In this document: positions 18,537 to 29,269 of the stretch, piece after piece
Position numbering within the stretch: the first letter of the stretch is position 1
Layout of the letters: every line of letters starts with the position of its first letter
DNA from: Desulfurococcaceae archaeon
GTDB lineage: Archaea > Thermoproteota > Thermoprotei_A > Sulfolobales > Desulfurococcaceae
Length of the DNA: 47,144 nucleotides
NCBI GenBank assembly: GCA_038824035.1
Contig: JAWBBW010000010.1
Coordinates: 1-47,144, forward strand
Direction: 5' to 3'
Position numbers and translations under genes: made by a program
Notes under the pieces: model-generated
What the model saw: the letters and a program-made list of their open reading frames with translations, nothing else
Databases searched by the model: none
Told to the model about the DNA's origin: nothing

Positions 18537-19213
18537 GTCACTGCACCGCTTTTGAATCTACACATGTCTTTTAAGATGCATTCCTCGCAAAGTGGTCGCC
18601 TAGGTCTACAGGTCTTTCTCCCATGTGATATTAACAACAAGTGTAGCTCCAGGTATTTTTCAGGACTGGTGTTTTTCATCCAGAAATCCTGGATATCCCT
18701 GTATCTATTAGAGGCGATGTATCCAAGTCTCCGGGTTATCCTAGAAATATGTGTATCGATGGGGAATACCGGCTTGTTGAAATACATGAGTAAAATTACA
18801 TCAGCTGTCTTATCACCTATGCCTGGCAATTTCATCAAGGTCTCTTTAGCCTTCTCCACGCCTTCTCTCTCGATCATCGCTTTGATTTCTCCTTCGAAGT
18901 CGTTTTCGAGAAATTTCCTAGCCATTTTCAATATCCTCGTCGCTCTTTCATTGTGCATTCCAGCTGGTTTTATCAACTCGGCAAGCTCCTGGGGGTGTAG
19001 TTTAATAACCTTGTCAGGGGTGATCTCTCCAAGTACTTTTCTCAGGTTTTCATAGGCTCTCCAGGCGTTTTTATCGCTTGTGTTTTGGCTCAACACCACT
19101 GCTATTACGAATTCGAAGAGAGGGATGCCGAAAAGTCTCGGGGCAAGGAACTCCTCTTTGTTTACTCTATAAACCCTGGATAACCTATGGTGTATTTCAT
19201 CCCCTATGTTCAA
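18533..19213 (-). CDS. nth: Endonuclease III (HhH-GPD DNA glycosylase with 4Fe-4S cluster)
   Basis: VLSQNTSD, LPGIGDKTAD, FPIDTH, C-X6-C-X2-C-X5-C. Start trimmed to TTG 19213 to avoid overlap with asnS. Confidence 0.92.
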   Translation of the reverse strand: MNIGDEIHHRLSRVYRVNKEEFLAPRLFGIPLFEFVIAVVLSQNTSDKNAWRAYENLRKVLGEITPDKVIKLHPQELAELIKPAGMHNERATRILKMARKFLENDFEGEIKAMIEREGVEKAKETLMKLPGIGDKTADVILLMYFNKPVFPIDTHISRITRRLGYIASNRYRDIQDFWMKNTSPEKYLELHLLLISHGRKTCRPRRPLCEECILKDMCRFKSGAVT

Positions 19214-19224
19214 GGCGCTTAACC

Positions 19225-20523
19225 CTATGGATATATCCTCTCCCTGAATCTCGGGAATGGCATCGTTTCTCGTATATGGTCTATGCCAGCAATCCACATC
19301 ACCGCTCTTTCTATTCCAAGCCCGAACCCACTATGGGGGACTGACCCGTATTTCCTCAGGTCGAGATACCATTTATAGTCATCTGGATTTAATCCTTGTT
19401 CCAGGATTCTCTTGTAAAGCGTGTCGTAGTCGTCTTCGCGTTGCCCTCCGCCAATGATCTCTCCATATCCTTCTGGCGCCAATAAGTCAAATCCCAGCAC
19501 TACGTTTGGATTAGACCTGTCGATCTTCATGTAAAAGCTCTTTACATTCCTCGGGAAATGCGTAATGAAAAACGGTGTTTCGAACTCCTCGGTTAAAACC
19601 CTTTCTTCATCCGCTCCTAGGTCATCCCCCCATTGTACATTGATCCCCTTTTTCTGCAATATCTCGATGGCCTCGTCATACCTGATCCTGGGGTATGGGG
19701 TATTAAGGGCTTTCCTCAGTTTATCGAGGTCACGGCCAAGATCCACGAGTTCGCTGTTTCTCTCTTCCAAGGTCTTTTCAACAATGTACGAGACTAGCTC
19801 TTCTGCGACTTTCATCATGTCGTACATGTCATACCAGGCAGCCTCAGGCTCTAAGTGCCAGTACTCTGCCAGGTGTCTCCTTGTCCTAGATCTCTCGGCC
19901 CTGAAACTCGGGGTCAGGCTCCATACTTTTTCCAGCACATAGATCAGTGCCTCTAGGTACAACTGGGCGCTTTGGCTGAGATAAGCCCTTGTGCCGAAAT
20001 AATCGACGGGGAACAGGGTTGCACCGCCCTCACATGCTGAGGCTGTCAGTATTGGGGGCGTGACCTCCCACCAGCCGTTTTTCACGAAGTACTCTCTGCC
20101 AGCCTTTAGAACAGTGTGTTTTATCTTAAATAACTTGGCATACTTGGGGCTCCTTATCCATAGATGTCTATTATCCAATAAGTAGTCAATACCCTCACCG
20201 CCTTTTATCGGGAAATCCCTGCTATAACCCCTGATCACGAAATAATCGGCATCGATCTCGTATCCTCCTGGAGCCCTTTTCTCTGGTCTCAGAATACCAC
20301 AAGCTTCCACACTAGCCTCTAAGCCGATGTCTTTCAGTGTATCCACTAATTGTTCCCCTAACTTAGACGCGTCTACAACCACTTGTATGACGCCACTGTT
20401 ATCCCTGATCCTCACAAACGCCTTTTTACCCACAACACTCCTCCTATAGATCCACCCCCTTATACAGACCTTTGAATCGATTAGCTCTTCTCTCATGATC
20501 TCGCTAATCTGCTTGAACTCCAT
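19225..20523 (-). CDS. asnS: Asparaginyl-tRNA synthetase
   Basis: OB fold with RGW, CEGGATLF, YLSQSAQLYLE, FRAERSRTRRHLAEYW, GEIIGGGQRE, RKYGSVPHSGFGLGIER. Confidence 0.95.
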   Translation of the reverse strand: MEFKQISEIMREELIDSKVCIRGWIYRRSVVGKKAFVRIRDNSGVIQVVVDASKLGEQLVDTLKDIGLEASVEACGILRPEKRAPGGYEIDADYFVIRGYSRDFPIKGGEGIDYLLDNRHLWIRSPKYAKLFKIKHTVLKAGREYFVKNGWWEVTPPILTASACEGGATLFPVDYFGTRAYLSQSAQLYLEALIYVLEKVWSLTPSFRAERSRTRRHLAEYWHLEPEAAWYDMYDMMKVAEELVSYIVEKTLEERNSELVDLGRDLDKLRKALNTPYPRIRYDEAIEILQKKGINVQWGDDLGADEERVLTEEFETPFFITHFPRNVKSFYMKIDRSNPNVVLGFDLLAPEGYGEIIGGGQREDDYDTLYKRILEQGLNPDDYKWYLDLRKYGSVPHSGFGLGIERAVMWIAGIDHIRETMPFPRFRERIYP

Positions 20524-20556
20524 TTAAAACACCCTTCAGCACCGTGCCCAGTATGA

Positions 20557-21120
20557 TTATGGAAGAGGCCTTGCCATGACATATGCATCTTCGCCGTCCA
20601 GGTAATATCCTTTCTCTATTTTCACTTTCCTATACCCTAATTTCTCGTAAAGTGAGATAGCAGGGGTGTTCGAGACCCTGACCTCTAGGTATGTCTCATT
20701 GCAATTGTAATCAACATACATGCTCTTCATGGCGAACGCCATTAATGCGTAACCAAGACCCTTACCTCTGTGTTTCTCTAGTACAGCTATGCTAACCACA
20801 TGGCCGCTTCTCGCTAAGAAATACTTGAAGAAACCCGGCTTTATCTCAACTCTGACCATTATGTAGCCCACGACCTCATTATCAATTGACTCGGCGACAT
20901 AGAACGCTTTGCCCCAGTTTTCGAGTAATTCTTCGAAAAACCTCCTCGGGTAATGCTCTGGAAGAGAAGCCATGTTTATATCTATCACCTTATCTATGTC
21001 CTCTTCACGTGCATTCCTAATTCTATATCCATGTGCTTTTGTCTCAAGCCTTTTTAAGGCCTCGTTATATATCTCGTCAACACTTATAGCTCTCTTAGTG
21101 GTGCTCAATAAAACCACCAA
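20557..21120 (-). CDS. N-terminal acetyltransferase (Ard1/RimI, GNAT family)
   Basis: LPEHYP, GHVVSIAV..HRGKGLG, LEVRVSN..AI.LY..LGY, YYLDGEDA. True start may be TTG 21108. Confidence 0.92.
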   Translation of the reverse strand: MVVLLSTTKRAISVDEIYNEALKRLETKAHGYRIRNAREEDIDKVIDINMASLPEHYPRRFFEELLENWGKAFYVAESIDNEVVGYIMVRVEIKPGFFKYFLARSGHVVSIAVLEKHRGKGLGYALMAFAMKSMYVDYNCNETYLEVRVSNTPAISLYEKLGYRKVKIEKGYYLDGEDAYVMARPLP

Positions 21121-21193
21121 TTCGGCAAAGCCCGTTAGTATAATAATTGCTTCGAGAAATATATTTCATTGTGCCGCGATAGGTGCTGTATCG

Positions 21194-22447
21194 ATGAGCT
21201 CGGTACGCATGCCAGAGGACATATCAATGCTCACGCATCAATCACTGAGTGGTAAGAAACTAATACTCGGCGTAACGGGCTCATCCTCAATATACAGGTC
21301 GATAGACTTGGCTAGGAGGCTCATCAGGCTCGGAGCCTCGATCAAGGTGTTGATGACCAGGTTCGCGGCTAAATTGATAAGCCCCGATCTCTTCCACTGG
21401 GCCACTGGTAGTAAGCCATACGTGGAAATGAGTGGCGAAACAGAGCATATAGATCTGGCTAAGTGGGCTGACGCGTTAATCATAGCCCCATCCACCTTGA
21501 ACACTATGAGCAAGATAGCTCATGGCATAGGTGATGAGTTACTCCCCTTGACGGCGATCGCGATGCTCGGGGATGGTAAAAAAGTTGTAATTGTGCCGGC
21601 CATGAATATAAGACTATTCAGATCCCCCCAGTATTCCAGAGCCGTGAAACTTCTCAATGAGCAAGGAGCTGTGGTAATACCCCCGTTCATAGAGGAGGAT
21701 AAAGCCAAGTATCCACCTCTCAACGACTTAGTGCATTGCATAGATGCGGTGGTTAACCGGGGCATAGACCTGGAGAACACTAGGATGCTGGTCACAGCCG
21801 GCCCTACAAGGGAATACATAGACCCTGTCAGGGTCATAACCAACCCTAGTTCGGGGCTCATGGGAATCCTAGTAGCTAGGGAAATGGCTTGTAGAGGAGC
21901 AATAGTAGATCTAGTGCATGGCTCGGTAAACGTTGAGTTGCCATACATGGTGAGGAAACACAGCGTTGACACAACAGAGGATATGGCAGAGAGAGTTAGA
22001 GAGCTTTCATCAAACACGATATATGATGCGGCAGTGTTCGCCGCTGCCCCGGCTGATTATAGGCCAGTTAATTATTTAAAGACCAAGATATCAACACGTG
22101 ATAAGCCATCAATGATAATCGAGCTACAGAGGACACCAAAGGTGATAAAAAACCTGGTTAATAGGCCCAAGGTGCTTGTGGCATTCGCGGCTGAGACCGC
22201 ATCTGGCACAGAGCTCGTGGAAAGGGCCATGAAGAAGTATAGCGATTACGCAGTAGACATGATTATCGCCAATAATGTACTGGGCGAACACGTTGGTTTT
22301 TCAAAGGCGTTGCTAGATGCGATCGTGATCGCGGATGACAAGGTCATCTCGAAAGGTGTGTTTACAAAGCACGAGGTGGCCAGGATCATAGTGGATTACA
22401 TAGCTAACAGGGTTAAAGGTGAAGTTAAAAGAAAAGATCTTAGTTGA
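21194..22447 (+). CDS. coaBC: Bifunctional phosphopantothenoylcysteine decarboxylase/synthetase
   Basis: LGVTGS, EHIDLA, APST.NT..KIA.GI.D, PAMN, VTAGPTREYIDPVRVITNPSSG.MG, AAAPADY, FAAET. Start at ATG 21194 after GGTG. Confidence 0.95.
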   Translation: MSSVRMPEDISMLTHQSLSGKKLILGVTGSSSIYRSIDLARRLIRLGASIKVLMTRFAAKLISPDLFHWATGSKPYVEMSGETEHIDLAKWADALIIAPSTLNTMSKIAHGIGDELLPLTAIAMLGDGKKVVIVPAMNIRLFRSPQYSRAVKLLNEQGAVVIPPFIEEDKAKYPPLNDLVHCIDAVVNRGIDLENTRMLVTAGPTREYIDPVRVITNPSSGLMGILVAREMACRGAIVDLVHGSVNVELPYMVRKHSVDTTEDMAERVRELSSNTIYDAAVFAAAPADYRPVNYLKTKISTRDKPSMIIELQRTPKVIKNLVNRPKVLVAFAAETASGTELVERAMKKYSDYAVDMIIANNVLGEHVGFSKALLDAIVIADDKVISKGVFTKHEVARIIVDYIANRVKGEVKRKDLS

Positions 22448-22466
22448 GAGAACAACGAGTGCCTTA

Positions 22467-23399
22467 TTAATGGGTTGCAATTAATTTCTTGAACACTTCT
22501 AGTGGTGAGCCGAATACCTCGAAGAAGCCGTTCTCATAATTCCTTATAGCGGAGTTCATGAACGCCTCGAGTGATGTTTTCACATCCCTTGTGATCGGCA
22601 TATCAACTGGCATTGGTTCATAGTAATCAATGCCCTTTAACAGGCTTGTGGCAAAATACCACAATGTCTTAACGATCTTTCTCCCTTTAACCGGCTCTAA
22701 GCTAACTCCATGGCTGGAGAAACTCGTGTGTAACACATATATCTTAGAGACCTTGATGGGATCTACGAGTTCTCCATCAATTATGTCGAGGTCTATTATC
22801 TCGTAACCATGCTTTGTCTTCTCAACGCCCTCTATTTTAACATCAAATAATTGCTTAATCCTTGGATCAAAGACGAGAACCCTTGTTCCACCAACTATTT
22901 CCAGCCCTTTATCACTTGGTTTGACAATCGTGTTTTCAGTGGAGAGAACAGGGTATCCATGTCCATACGCGATCGCCGATATAGTGCTCTTACCTGTATG
23001 TGGATAACCCAGCAGTAACACGGCTTCGCCGTCTATCGATATACTCACAGAATCCGTGAGCACGATATACCCTGCCTTGGCGAAAGACCTTGCAAATACC
23101 TGGACCATGAAAAACACCGGCGACTCGTTGACATATGCCATAGGGGGATCCCCCTCTATTACATAGAAGTCAATGCCACCAGGGCCCTGGAACTCAGCCG
23201 AGATCATCCTGAAACCACTACCTCTGATCCACAGGATCTCTGCTTGCTTGGATTGGCAATTATCCGCTATTTTGAAACTGGGTACATATCTCCTCGTGAA
23301 CGTGGATCTCAGAGCGCTGGTTAATTCATTCGTCATTTCACTGGAGATCTCGATACACATGTCAACGCTCTTTATATATAGCTTATCCATGTGGATCAC
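22467..23399 (-). CDS. Uncharacterised HPr-kinase/PEPCK-type P-loop protein
   Basis: [24 protein letters not shown]...[12 protein letters not shown] resembles the HPrK-like core. 4-nt overlap with the PPS gene. Confidence 0.65.
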   Translation of the reverse strand: MIHMDKLYIKSVDMCIEISSEMTNELTSALRSTFTRRYVPSFKIADNCQSKQAEILWIRGSGFRMISAEFQGPGGIDFYVIEGDPPMAYVNESPVFFMVQVFARSFAKAGYIVLTDSVSISIDGEAVLLLGYPHTGKSTISAIAYGHGYPVLSTENTIVKPSDKGLEIVGGTRVLVFDPRIKQLFDVKIEGVEKTKHGYEIIDLDIIDGELVDPIKVSKIYVLHTSFSSHGVSLEPVKGRKIVKTLWYFATSLLKGIDYYEPMPVDMPITRDVKTSLEAFMNSAIRNYENGFFEVFGSPLEVFKKLIATH

Positions 23400-24178
23400 C
23401 GGTGATCGGGAAATACTATGTTGGAATTTGATAACTCGATTAACCTGTTCGCGATAAATCTCAGGGCTTCTTGAAGAACAGAGTTGTTATCATATAATGA
23501 GGTTATCTCCACTAATTCATTCACTGGCCTTTTCTTCAACACGCGAACTGTTTCAACCAACTTCGGCATAGCCCTCGTAACGTTGTCTACAATGGTTATA
23601 TTCGCTGATCTCGCCGTCCTTGATAATGGGTTTAGATCTATTGCTATTACCGTTTTACCCATTTTCCTCAAGGCCTCTGTTCTATCGCCATCTTCCAATG
23701 GAACTAACACCACATCGGCAATCAATATGCCACGGGGGCTGACACGCCTTCTCTCACTGAATAACTCCGGTATAGTTGCAGAGGCGTCTTCGCCAACACC
23801 TAGGGGGTCTTCTATACCATGCTCCCTCAGAAAACTCGCAATCGCCTTTTCTCTCTCCTTCGTTCTATAGAACAAGTTCACCTCAACTTTTGCATTCACC
23901 TCTCTAGCCAGCTCAGCTATATCGCGTGGTACGAGGGCAGCCACGTTCCCATTAACGGAGATCACTGGGTGCTTTGCCAATAACAATGTTGCGGCCGCCG
24001 CCCTTATGGCCTTTAACGCAAATTCCTGTGTTTTCTCACCTATTAAGTAGTCAAAGCACTCGCCGCGTCCATGAGCTATTAACCCCTCTGGCACCACCAT
24101 GCCTTTTCTAAACCCTTCTACCAGTCTCTCCCTGATCAGCAGGCTCTCTCTCCTTGGGTGATTTAGGGGTATAAACAA
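23396..24178 (-). CDS. 4-phosphopantoate--beta-alanine ligase (archaeal PPS)
   Basis: [56 protein letters not shown]. Confidence 0.96.
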   Translation of the reverse strand: MFIPLNHPRRESLLIRERLVEGFRKGMVVPEGLIAHGRGECFDYLIGEKTQEFALKAIRAAAATLLLAKHPVISVNGNVAALVPRDIAELAREVNAKVEVNLFYRTKEREKAIASFLREHGIEDPLGVGEDASATIPELFSERRRVSPRGILIADVVLVPLEDGDRTEALRKMGKTVIAIDLNPLSRTARSANITIVDNVTRAMPKLVETVRVLKKRPVNELVEITSLYDNNSVLQEALRFIANRLIELSNSNIVFPDHR

Positions 24179-25004
24179 CCACTACACCGTGATGTGAGAT
24201 ACGCGTTTTAAACAATTTAATATTGTTTATCTTCATTGACTCAATGATCTCATCAGCGTATTCCTCCTCAATCCACATGATCAATGCTGATTTTTTCAAG
24301 TAGTAGCCTATAACGCCTTTAATGGAACCTGGATCTTTTTTTAAACAATTATAGCAAAAGATCTTGCTTGTAAATCTCCTCGAATACTCGAAGAACAACA
24401 CAGGGTCCTCTTTCTCCATGATCTCTTTTAGAAATAGACGCCCCTCTTCATATACATTTCCCGGGATCCTCTCCAGCATATTAGCGGTTGACTCGATGTA
24501 GCCAAGTTCACCTACTATTAGAGTAGAGACCTCGGGGGCTAAGAGCCTGTACGCGATGCCAATCCCCGGGGCCCCCGGTTTCACCCTTATAGCCAAGCCC
24601 CCGGTGTATTCCGCTATAACGTCCCCTAAACCCGTTCTCCACTTGACTTCGATTTCATGGGCCTTTTGCAATGCATTGAAAAGAGGCCTCTTGGACACCA
24701 TGTGTGTTAGCAATGAGTGCGACATGATTAATGCAGCTGATAACCCAAATCCACTACCCAGTTTGAAAGGGGAGATCGCCCTAGTGGTGAGGGACATACC
24801 TGTCTCTATGCATATCTCCTTGGCTTGATCCTCTAGGACAGGCGTATCGTTTAAAAGTATCTTGCAATCGCCATCTTTCAACGTGGTTTCAAGGTATATG
24901 GCTAGGTTTACGCCAATACCTATACTGCCTGTTTCAAGGGGGTTAGAGGAGTAATAGGGGATCCATATCCCGGATACATGATGGGGGACGTAGATCTTGA
25001 TCAA
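24108..25004 (-). CDS. Pantoate kinase (GHMP family, archaeal PoK)
   Basis: [28 protein letters not shown]...TGLGDV, IR.KPGAPG. Adjacent to PPS. Confidence 0.9.
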   Translation of the reverse strand: MIKIYVPHHVSGIWIPYYSSNPLETGSIGIGVNLAIYLETTLKDGDCKILLNDTPVLEDQAKEICIETGMSLTTRAISPFKLGSGFGLSAALIMSHSLLTHMVSKRPLFNALQKAHEIEVKWRTGLGDVIAEYTGGLAIRVKPGAPGIGIAYRLLAPEVSTLIVGELGYIESTANMLERIPGNVYEEGRLFLKEIMEKEDPVLFFEYSRRFTSKIFCYNCLKKDPGSIKGVIGYYLKKSALIMWIEEEYADEIIESMKINNIKLFKTRISHHGVVVVYTPKSPKEREPADQGETGRRV

Positions 25005-25014
25005 AAGGACACCT

Positions 25015-26289
25015 TTAACTGAGATATTCCCTGATGATCATTGGTAATAGTAGCCAGCCATGTTCGATCACGCCTAGTGAGCCCTTTGTAAATTCCTTTT
25101 CAACAAATCTCGTTATCCCATCTGGCTTTAAGCCAGGCATATAGAAGGCGAGGGGCACCGGATCATCGGTATGCGATTTCTTGCTGGGCGGTGTCGCGTG
25201 ATCAGATGTCACCAATAAGGCGTACTTGTCCTTTACATGGTCTATCAATGGCTGTACAAAGTACTTGTCTATATCCTCAATCCTTTGTTTTTTCAACTCT
25301 ATGTTGCCATCATGGCCTGGTTCATCAGGCCCCTTTAAATGGACGTATACTATATCATTGCTCTGCAATGCCTTGAGAGAAACATCTAGTCTCTTTTCAA
25401 AATCAACCCTGGGATCGCCGCTTGGAGGTTCCATCACAATGGTCTCAGCTCCGAAAACCCTGCCTATACCTATTTCGACAGGCATTTCAGCGATAACAGC
25501 GAATTTACATGAGTATTTCAAGTTAAGCGGCATTGCCTTGGGCAATTCACCACCAGCATCTCTTAGCAACAATGCATTGGCGGGTAGTAATCCACTCCTT
25601 CTCCTAGCCTCATTGACGGGGTGTTTGTCCAAGATTTCAATAGCTCTCTTAAAGAAAACATTGGCTAATTCACTTGTTATCTTGGCATTAACGCTATTAT
25701 CCAGTGGCTGTATCTCTTTGACATACGGTTCAAAGGACTCAACGGCCACGCTTACCAATCCCTTTCTTCTATAAGCAGGATCGTTGTTCTCGACCATTGG
25801 TGATAACCTGTGGCTTCTACTGCCAATGACAACAACGGCTCTATGCCCTACTGTAGCAACAACTCTAGCATATCCATTGTATATGCCGAGCTCCATGCCA
25901 TCAATAGCGCTGGCCAGTTTCCTGGCTTCCTCGGTGGTGAGACTTCTCTTAACCCTCCTATCAATGATCCTCATTGTAGCTGGATCTATCGTCGTGAAAT
26001 TGGCCCTAAACGCGACCTCGTAACCTTCTCTGAAATCTATCCCAGCCCCTATCGCTTCCAATGGCCCTCTGCCAGTATATACGTGATGTGGATCATATCC
26101 GAGTATTGATATGACAGCTTCGTCGCTCTCAGGCGCCACTCCTTTCCCTATGGTGTATAGTAATCCGCATTTGCTGTGTTCAGCCACCCAGTCTAGGCCC
26201 GGTTTATTTGCCAATTCAAGTGTTGTAACACTATCTTCTAGGCTATCCGATAAACCATCCAAGACTAGGTATAGTAATTTATATTTCAT
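25015..26289 (-). CDS. apgM: 2,3-bisphosphoglycerate-independent phosphoglycerate mutase (archaeal type)
   Basis: VLDGLSD, TTLELA.KP.LD, APESD, YTGRGPLEA, AFRANF, HLKGPDEPGHDG, TSDHATP, HT.DPVP. Confidence 0.93.
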   Translation of the reverse strand: MKYKLLYLVLDGLSDSLEDSVTTLELANKPGLDWVAEHSKCGLLYTIGKGVAPESDEAVISILGYDPHHVYTGRGPLEAIGAGIDFREGYEVAFRANFTTIDPATMRIIDRRVKRSLTTEEARKLASAIDGMELGIYNGYARVVATVGHRAVVVIGSRSHRLSPMVENNDPAYRRKGLVSVAVESFEPYVKEIQPLDNSVNAKITSELANVFFKRAIEILDKHPVNEARRRSGLLPANALLLRDAGGELPKAMPLNLKYSCKFAVIAEMPVEIGIGRVFGAETIVMEPPSGDPRVDFEKRLDVSLKALQSNDIVYVHLKGPDEPGHDGNIELKKQRIEDIDKYFVQPLIDHVKDKYALLVTSDHATPPSKKSHTDDPVPLAFYMPGLKPDGITRFVEKEFTKGSLGVIEHGWLLLPMIIREYLS

Positions 26290-26365
26290 CTCAAATCACC
26301 ACGGGATATATAGAGTAATTGATACAACAATATTATTTTTAACCCAGATAGTTTAATTAATCAAG

Positions 26366-27121
26366 GTGGTTTATGTGGCTAATCCTGCTGTCGTGGTAAA
26401 GGACCTGGTCAAGATATATGGCAAAGACACTATTGGTGTTGATGGAATATCTTTCACCGTGGAGGAGGGGGAGGTATATGCATTAGTGGGACCCAATGGC
26501 AGTGGTAAAACAACCACACTGAGAATAATATCCACGTTGATCAAGCCTACTCGAGGCAATGTATACGTCTATGGCATAGATGTGGTGAAAGAGCCGTTGC
26601 GGGCTCGATCAATGATGAACTACTTGCCAGAGGAGGCAGGTGCATATAGAGATCTCACGGGGCTGGATTTCATAAGGTTTATGCTAGCCCTCAGATTCAA
26701 GGGCAGGCAATTAGAGGAAGCTGTGGAAGAAGCTATCAAAATATCGGACCTGGGTAATTACTTGAAAAAACCCATTAGGACATATAGCAAGGGGATGAAG
26801 AGGATACTCGCTGTGAGCGTGGTGCTGGCCTCTAAGCCGAGGTTATTGATACTGGATGAACCAACCACGGGATTGGATGTTGAGAGGAGCATATATGTAA
26901 GGGATTTGATCAGAAAATACAACGCCAATTACAGGATAACGATATTGCTCAGTAGTCACAATATGCTTGAAGTGGAATATTTGAGCCATAGAGTTGGGAT
27001 GTTGTATCGGGGGAAACTAGTAGCCGAAGGCACGCCAAGCCAATTAAAGAGCTTCATGAACGCTGTTAACCTCGAAGAGGTGTTTATCAAGTTGAAAACA
27101 GCAAGGGGTGATATAAAATGA
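26366..27121 (+). CDS. ABC-2 exporter ATP-binding subunit (NatA-like) 1
   Basis: GPNGSGKTT, YSKGMKR, ILDEPTTGLD, SSHNM. Confidence 0.93.
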   Translation: MVYVANPAVVVKDLVKIYGKDTIGVDGISFTVEEGEVYALVGPNGSGKTTTLRIISTLIKPTRGNVYVYGIDVVKEPLRARSMMNYLPEEAGAYRDLTGLDFIRFMLALRFKGRQLEEAVEEAIKISDLGNYLKKPIRTYSKGMKRILAVSVVLASKPRLLILDEPTTGLDVERSIYVRDLIRKYNANYRITILLSSHNMLEVEYLSHRVGMLYRGKLVAEGTPSQLKSFMNAVNLEEVFIKLKTARGDIK

Positions 27122-28389
27122 CCCTATCACACTTACTCAAACGTGAGATCAAGGCATTTCTCAAAAACCCGTCTTTCATACTCGCAGTGGTGCTTGTACT
27201 GGGGATATACGGGACACTGGGCAATATAACGGGTAAAGCAACGGAGTCGGCTGTCAGGGAAATGTTAGAGGCCAGAATAGGCCTTGTAATGGAAGAGGAC
27301 ACCCAACTCGTCAGGCAGGTTGTTAGATTACTAAATATCACTCTCAATGGCAAGGTGTATTTATATGACTCGCTCGACAGGGCTATATCAGAGACTGGGA
27401 TCGGAGTGGTTTTGCCAAGGGGTTTCACCGAGAACGCTACTTCCACGGATAAACCTGTTTTGATAAAAGGCAGTGTCAGGGTAATGGCTTTTTCAATAAC
27501 GAGTGGACAAGCCAGGATCGGAGTTTTATCAGCTGTTTCAAATACGTTGGAGAGGATATTACCTATAGCTATAGGCGCCATTTACAACGTGAGTATCCAG
27601 CCACAGAAACCCGTGGTCCTGAATAGTACTATACTATTATATGAGAGAGAGATCGATTACAGTGTTTTCTCCTCGATCATGTTTATGATCTCGCTTACTC
27701 CAATGCTTGTGAGCATAGTCTTCGGCATTAATGCAACATATGCATCGCAATTAGTCGCCATAGAGAAAGTGGAGAAGGCGTTTGAGATGTTATTGGCTCA
27801 GCCCATTAAGAGGAGAGACATCGTGTTAGCTAAAATACTTGGCGCGTCAATTGCCTCGATAATATTCGGAACAATTTACTTAATCGGCATGTTCATTATT
27901 TACACTGGTGGACAGGGATCAGCGGTGCAAGAGGTATCCGGGATAACTACAACGCCGTTCACGTTAATGCTCAATATATTTGGACCCTGGATACTGATTA
28001 TAACGGGTTTGACACTCATGCTTGGATTAGTGTTCTCGGGTGCTATTGGAGTGATAATAGGGTCGGCTGTGAGTGATGAGAGAATCGCCGGCGGCCTCGC
28101 CACGCCAATAATGTTAATATTCATAGGTGTCGGGTTTTCAATAATGTTCATGGGACTTCAGCCAAGTATTTCAACGGCTATTTTAGCTGGCATGACAATT
28201 GCCCCATTGCCTTACATTTACGCCATCTCCACGCTATCTGGGGATGTGTTTTTAATGGTTTACTCAATAGGTATAGCTATCGGCATGTGTGCTTTGTTAA
28301 TATATCTGGCAACGAACATGTTCAATAGGGACATAGTTGTACTGGGTATAAGGATCTCCTGGGCCAGGAAGCAAAAAGAGCGTGTGTGA
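27118..28389 (+). CDS. ABC-2 exporter permease (NatB-like) 1
   Basis: N-terminal TM, extracellular loop, EKVEKAFEMLLAQP...IVLAK motif, further TM helices. ATGA overlap with the ATPase. Confidence 0.88.
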   Translation: MTLSHLLKREIKAFLKNPSFILAVVLVLGIYGTLGNITGKATESAVREMLEARIGLVMEEDTQLVRQVVRLLNITLNGKVYLYDSLDRAISETGIGVVLPRGFTENATSTDKPVLIKGSVRVMAFSITSGQARIGVLSAVSNTLERILPIAIGAIYNVSIQPQKPVVLNSTILLYEREIDYSVFSSIMFMISLTPMLVSIVFGINATYASQLVAIEKVEKAFEMLLAQPIKRRDIVLAKILGASIASIIFGTIYLIGMFIIYTGGQGSAVQEVSGITTTPFTLMLNIFGPWILIITGLTLMLGLVFSGAIGVIIGSAVSDERIAGGLATPIMLIFIGVGFSIMFMGLQPSISTAILAGMTIAPLPYIYAISTLSGDVFLMVYSIGIAIGMCALLIYLATNMFNRDIVVLGIRISWARKQKERV

Positions 28390-29199
28390 CTAGCTCTCTT
28401 TTTTACTGAAAAAGTAATGTCTCTCTTCTGGGAAAGAACCTGTCTTAACCTCTTCTACGTATTTCCTCACAGCCTCCTTAATCACTGACTTCAGATCAGC
28501 ATATGCCTTGGCAAAGGGCGGTAAATTCGCAGTTAAACCCAGCACGTCATGTAGAACTAGCACTTGTCCATCGCAATAGGGGCCACTACCTATACATATA
28601 GTAGGGATGGATACTTCTCTTGTAACTTCGGCTGCCACGTCAGCAGCCGTGTACTCTATGACAAGGGAGAACACGCCGGCCTTCTCTAATTCCCTTGCAT
28701 CATTGATTATTTTCTCGCGCTCCGCTTCTCTCAGCCCTCTTTTCTTATAACCACCTATCAATAGGGCTCTCTGAGGGTTTAACCCAATGTGGCCCATCAC
28801 AGGTATCCCGGCCCTCACCATTGCCCTGACAACATCTGACATCTCTGCCCCTCCCTCTATTTTGACCGCGTCTGCCCCTGCTTTCAACATTAAGCCAGCA
28901 TTTCTAACAGCATCTTCCGTGCTTATCTCATAGCTCAGGAACGGCATATCTCCAACCACCAACGCCCTTGGTTCAGCCCTCGCTACACTGGATACATGGA
29001 GTAACATCATGTCCATTGTCACTGGTAGTGTTGATTTAAAGCCATGTACAACCATGCCTACGCTATCGCCCACCAATATTATCTCAACACCTGCTTCGTC
29101 AACTAACTTTGCCGTGATATAGTCGTAGGCTGTTATCATGGCTATTTTATCCTTGCCCTTCATCTTGAGAATGTCTTTCACCGTGATCTTCTCTCCCAT
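28390..29199 (-). CDS. panB: 3-methyl-2-oxobutanoate hydroxymethyltransferase
   Basis: MITAYD, LVGDS.GM, DMPF, AVKIEGG, MGHIGL.PQ, IGSG..CDGQVLV.HD.LG. Confidence 0.97.
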   Translation of the reverse strand: MGEKITVKDILKMKGKDKIAMITAYDYITAKLVDEAGVEIILVGDSVGMVVHGFKSTLPVTMDMMLLHVSSVARAEPRALVVGDMPFLSYEISTEDAVRNAGLMLKAGADAVKIEGGAEMSDVVRAMVRAGIPVMGHIGLNPQRALLIGGYKKRGLREAEREKIINDARELEKAGVFSLVIEYTAADVAAEVTREVSIPTICIGSGPYCDGQVLVLHDVLGLTANLPPFAKAYADLKSVIKEAVRKYVEEVKTGSFPEERHYFFSKKES

Positions 29200-29269
29200 G
29201 AGATCGCGCCTCGCCTACCTGGTCATTCTTAGTGATGATACATCGGCTTTAATAACATATTTCAAAACC

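Noticed and set aside
20972-21193. 74-aa N-terminal extension of CoaBC in the ORF track
   Set aside because: It overlaps the divergent acetyltransferase and its promoter. The RBS supports ATG 21194.
21670-21730. CoaC domain lacks the bacterial LACG catalytic-Cys loop (reads PPFIEEDKAK)
   Set aside because: This loop variant is typical of archaeal CoaBC, so it is not evidence of inactivation.
29232-29269. GTGATGA in the panB-panE gap as a third C/D sRNA
   Set aside because: No CTGA D box at a suitable distance and no internal boxes.
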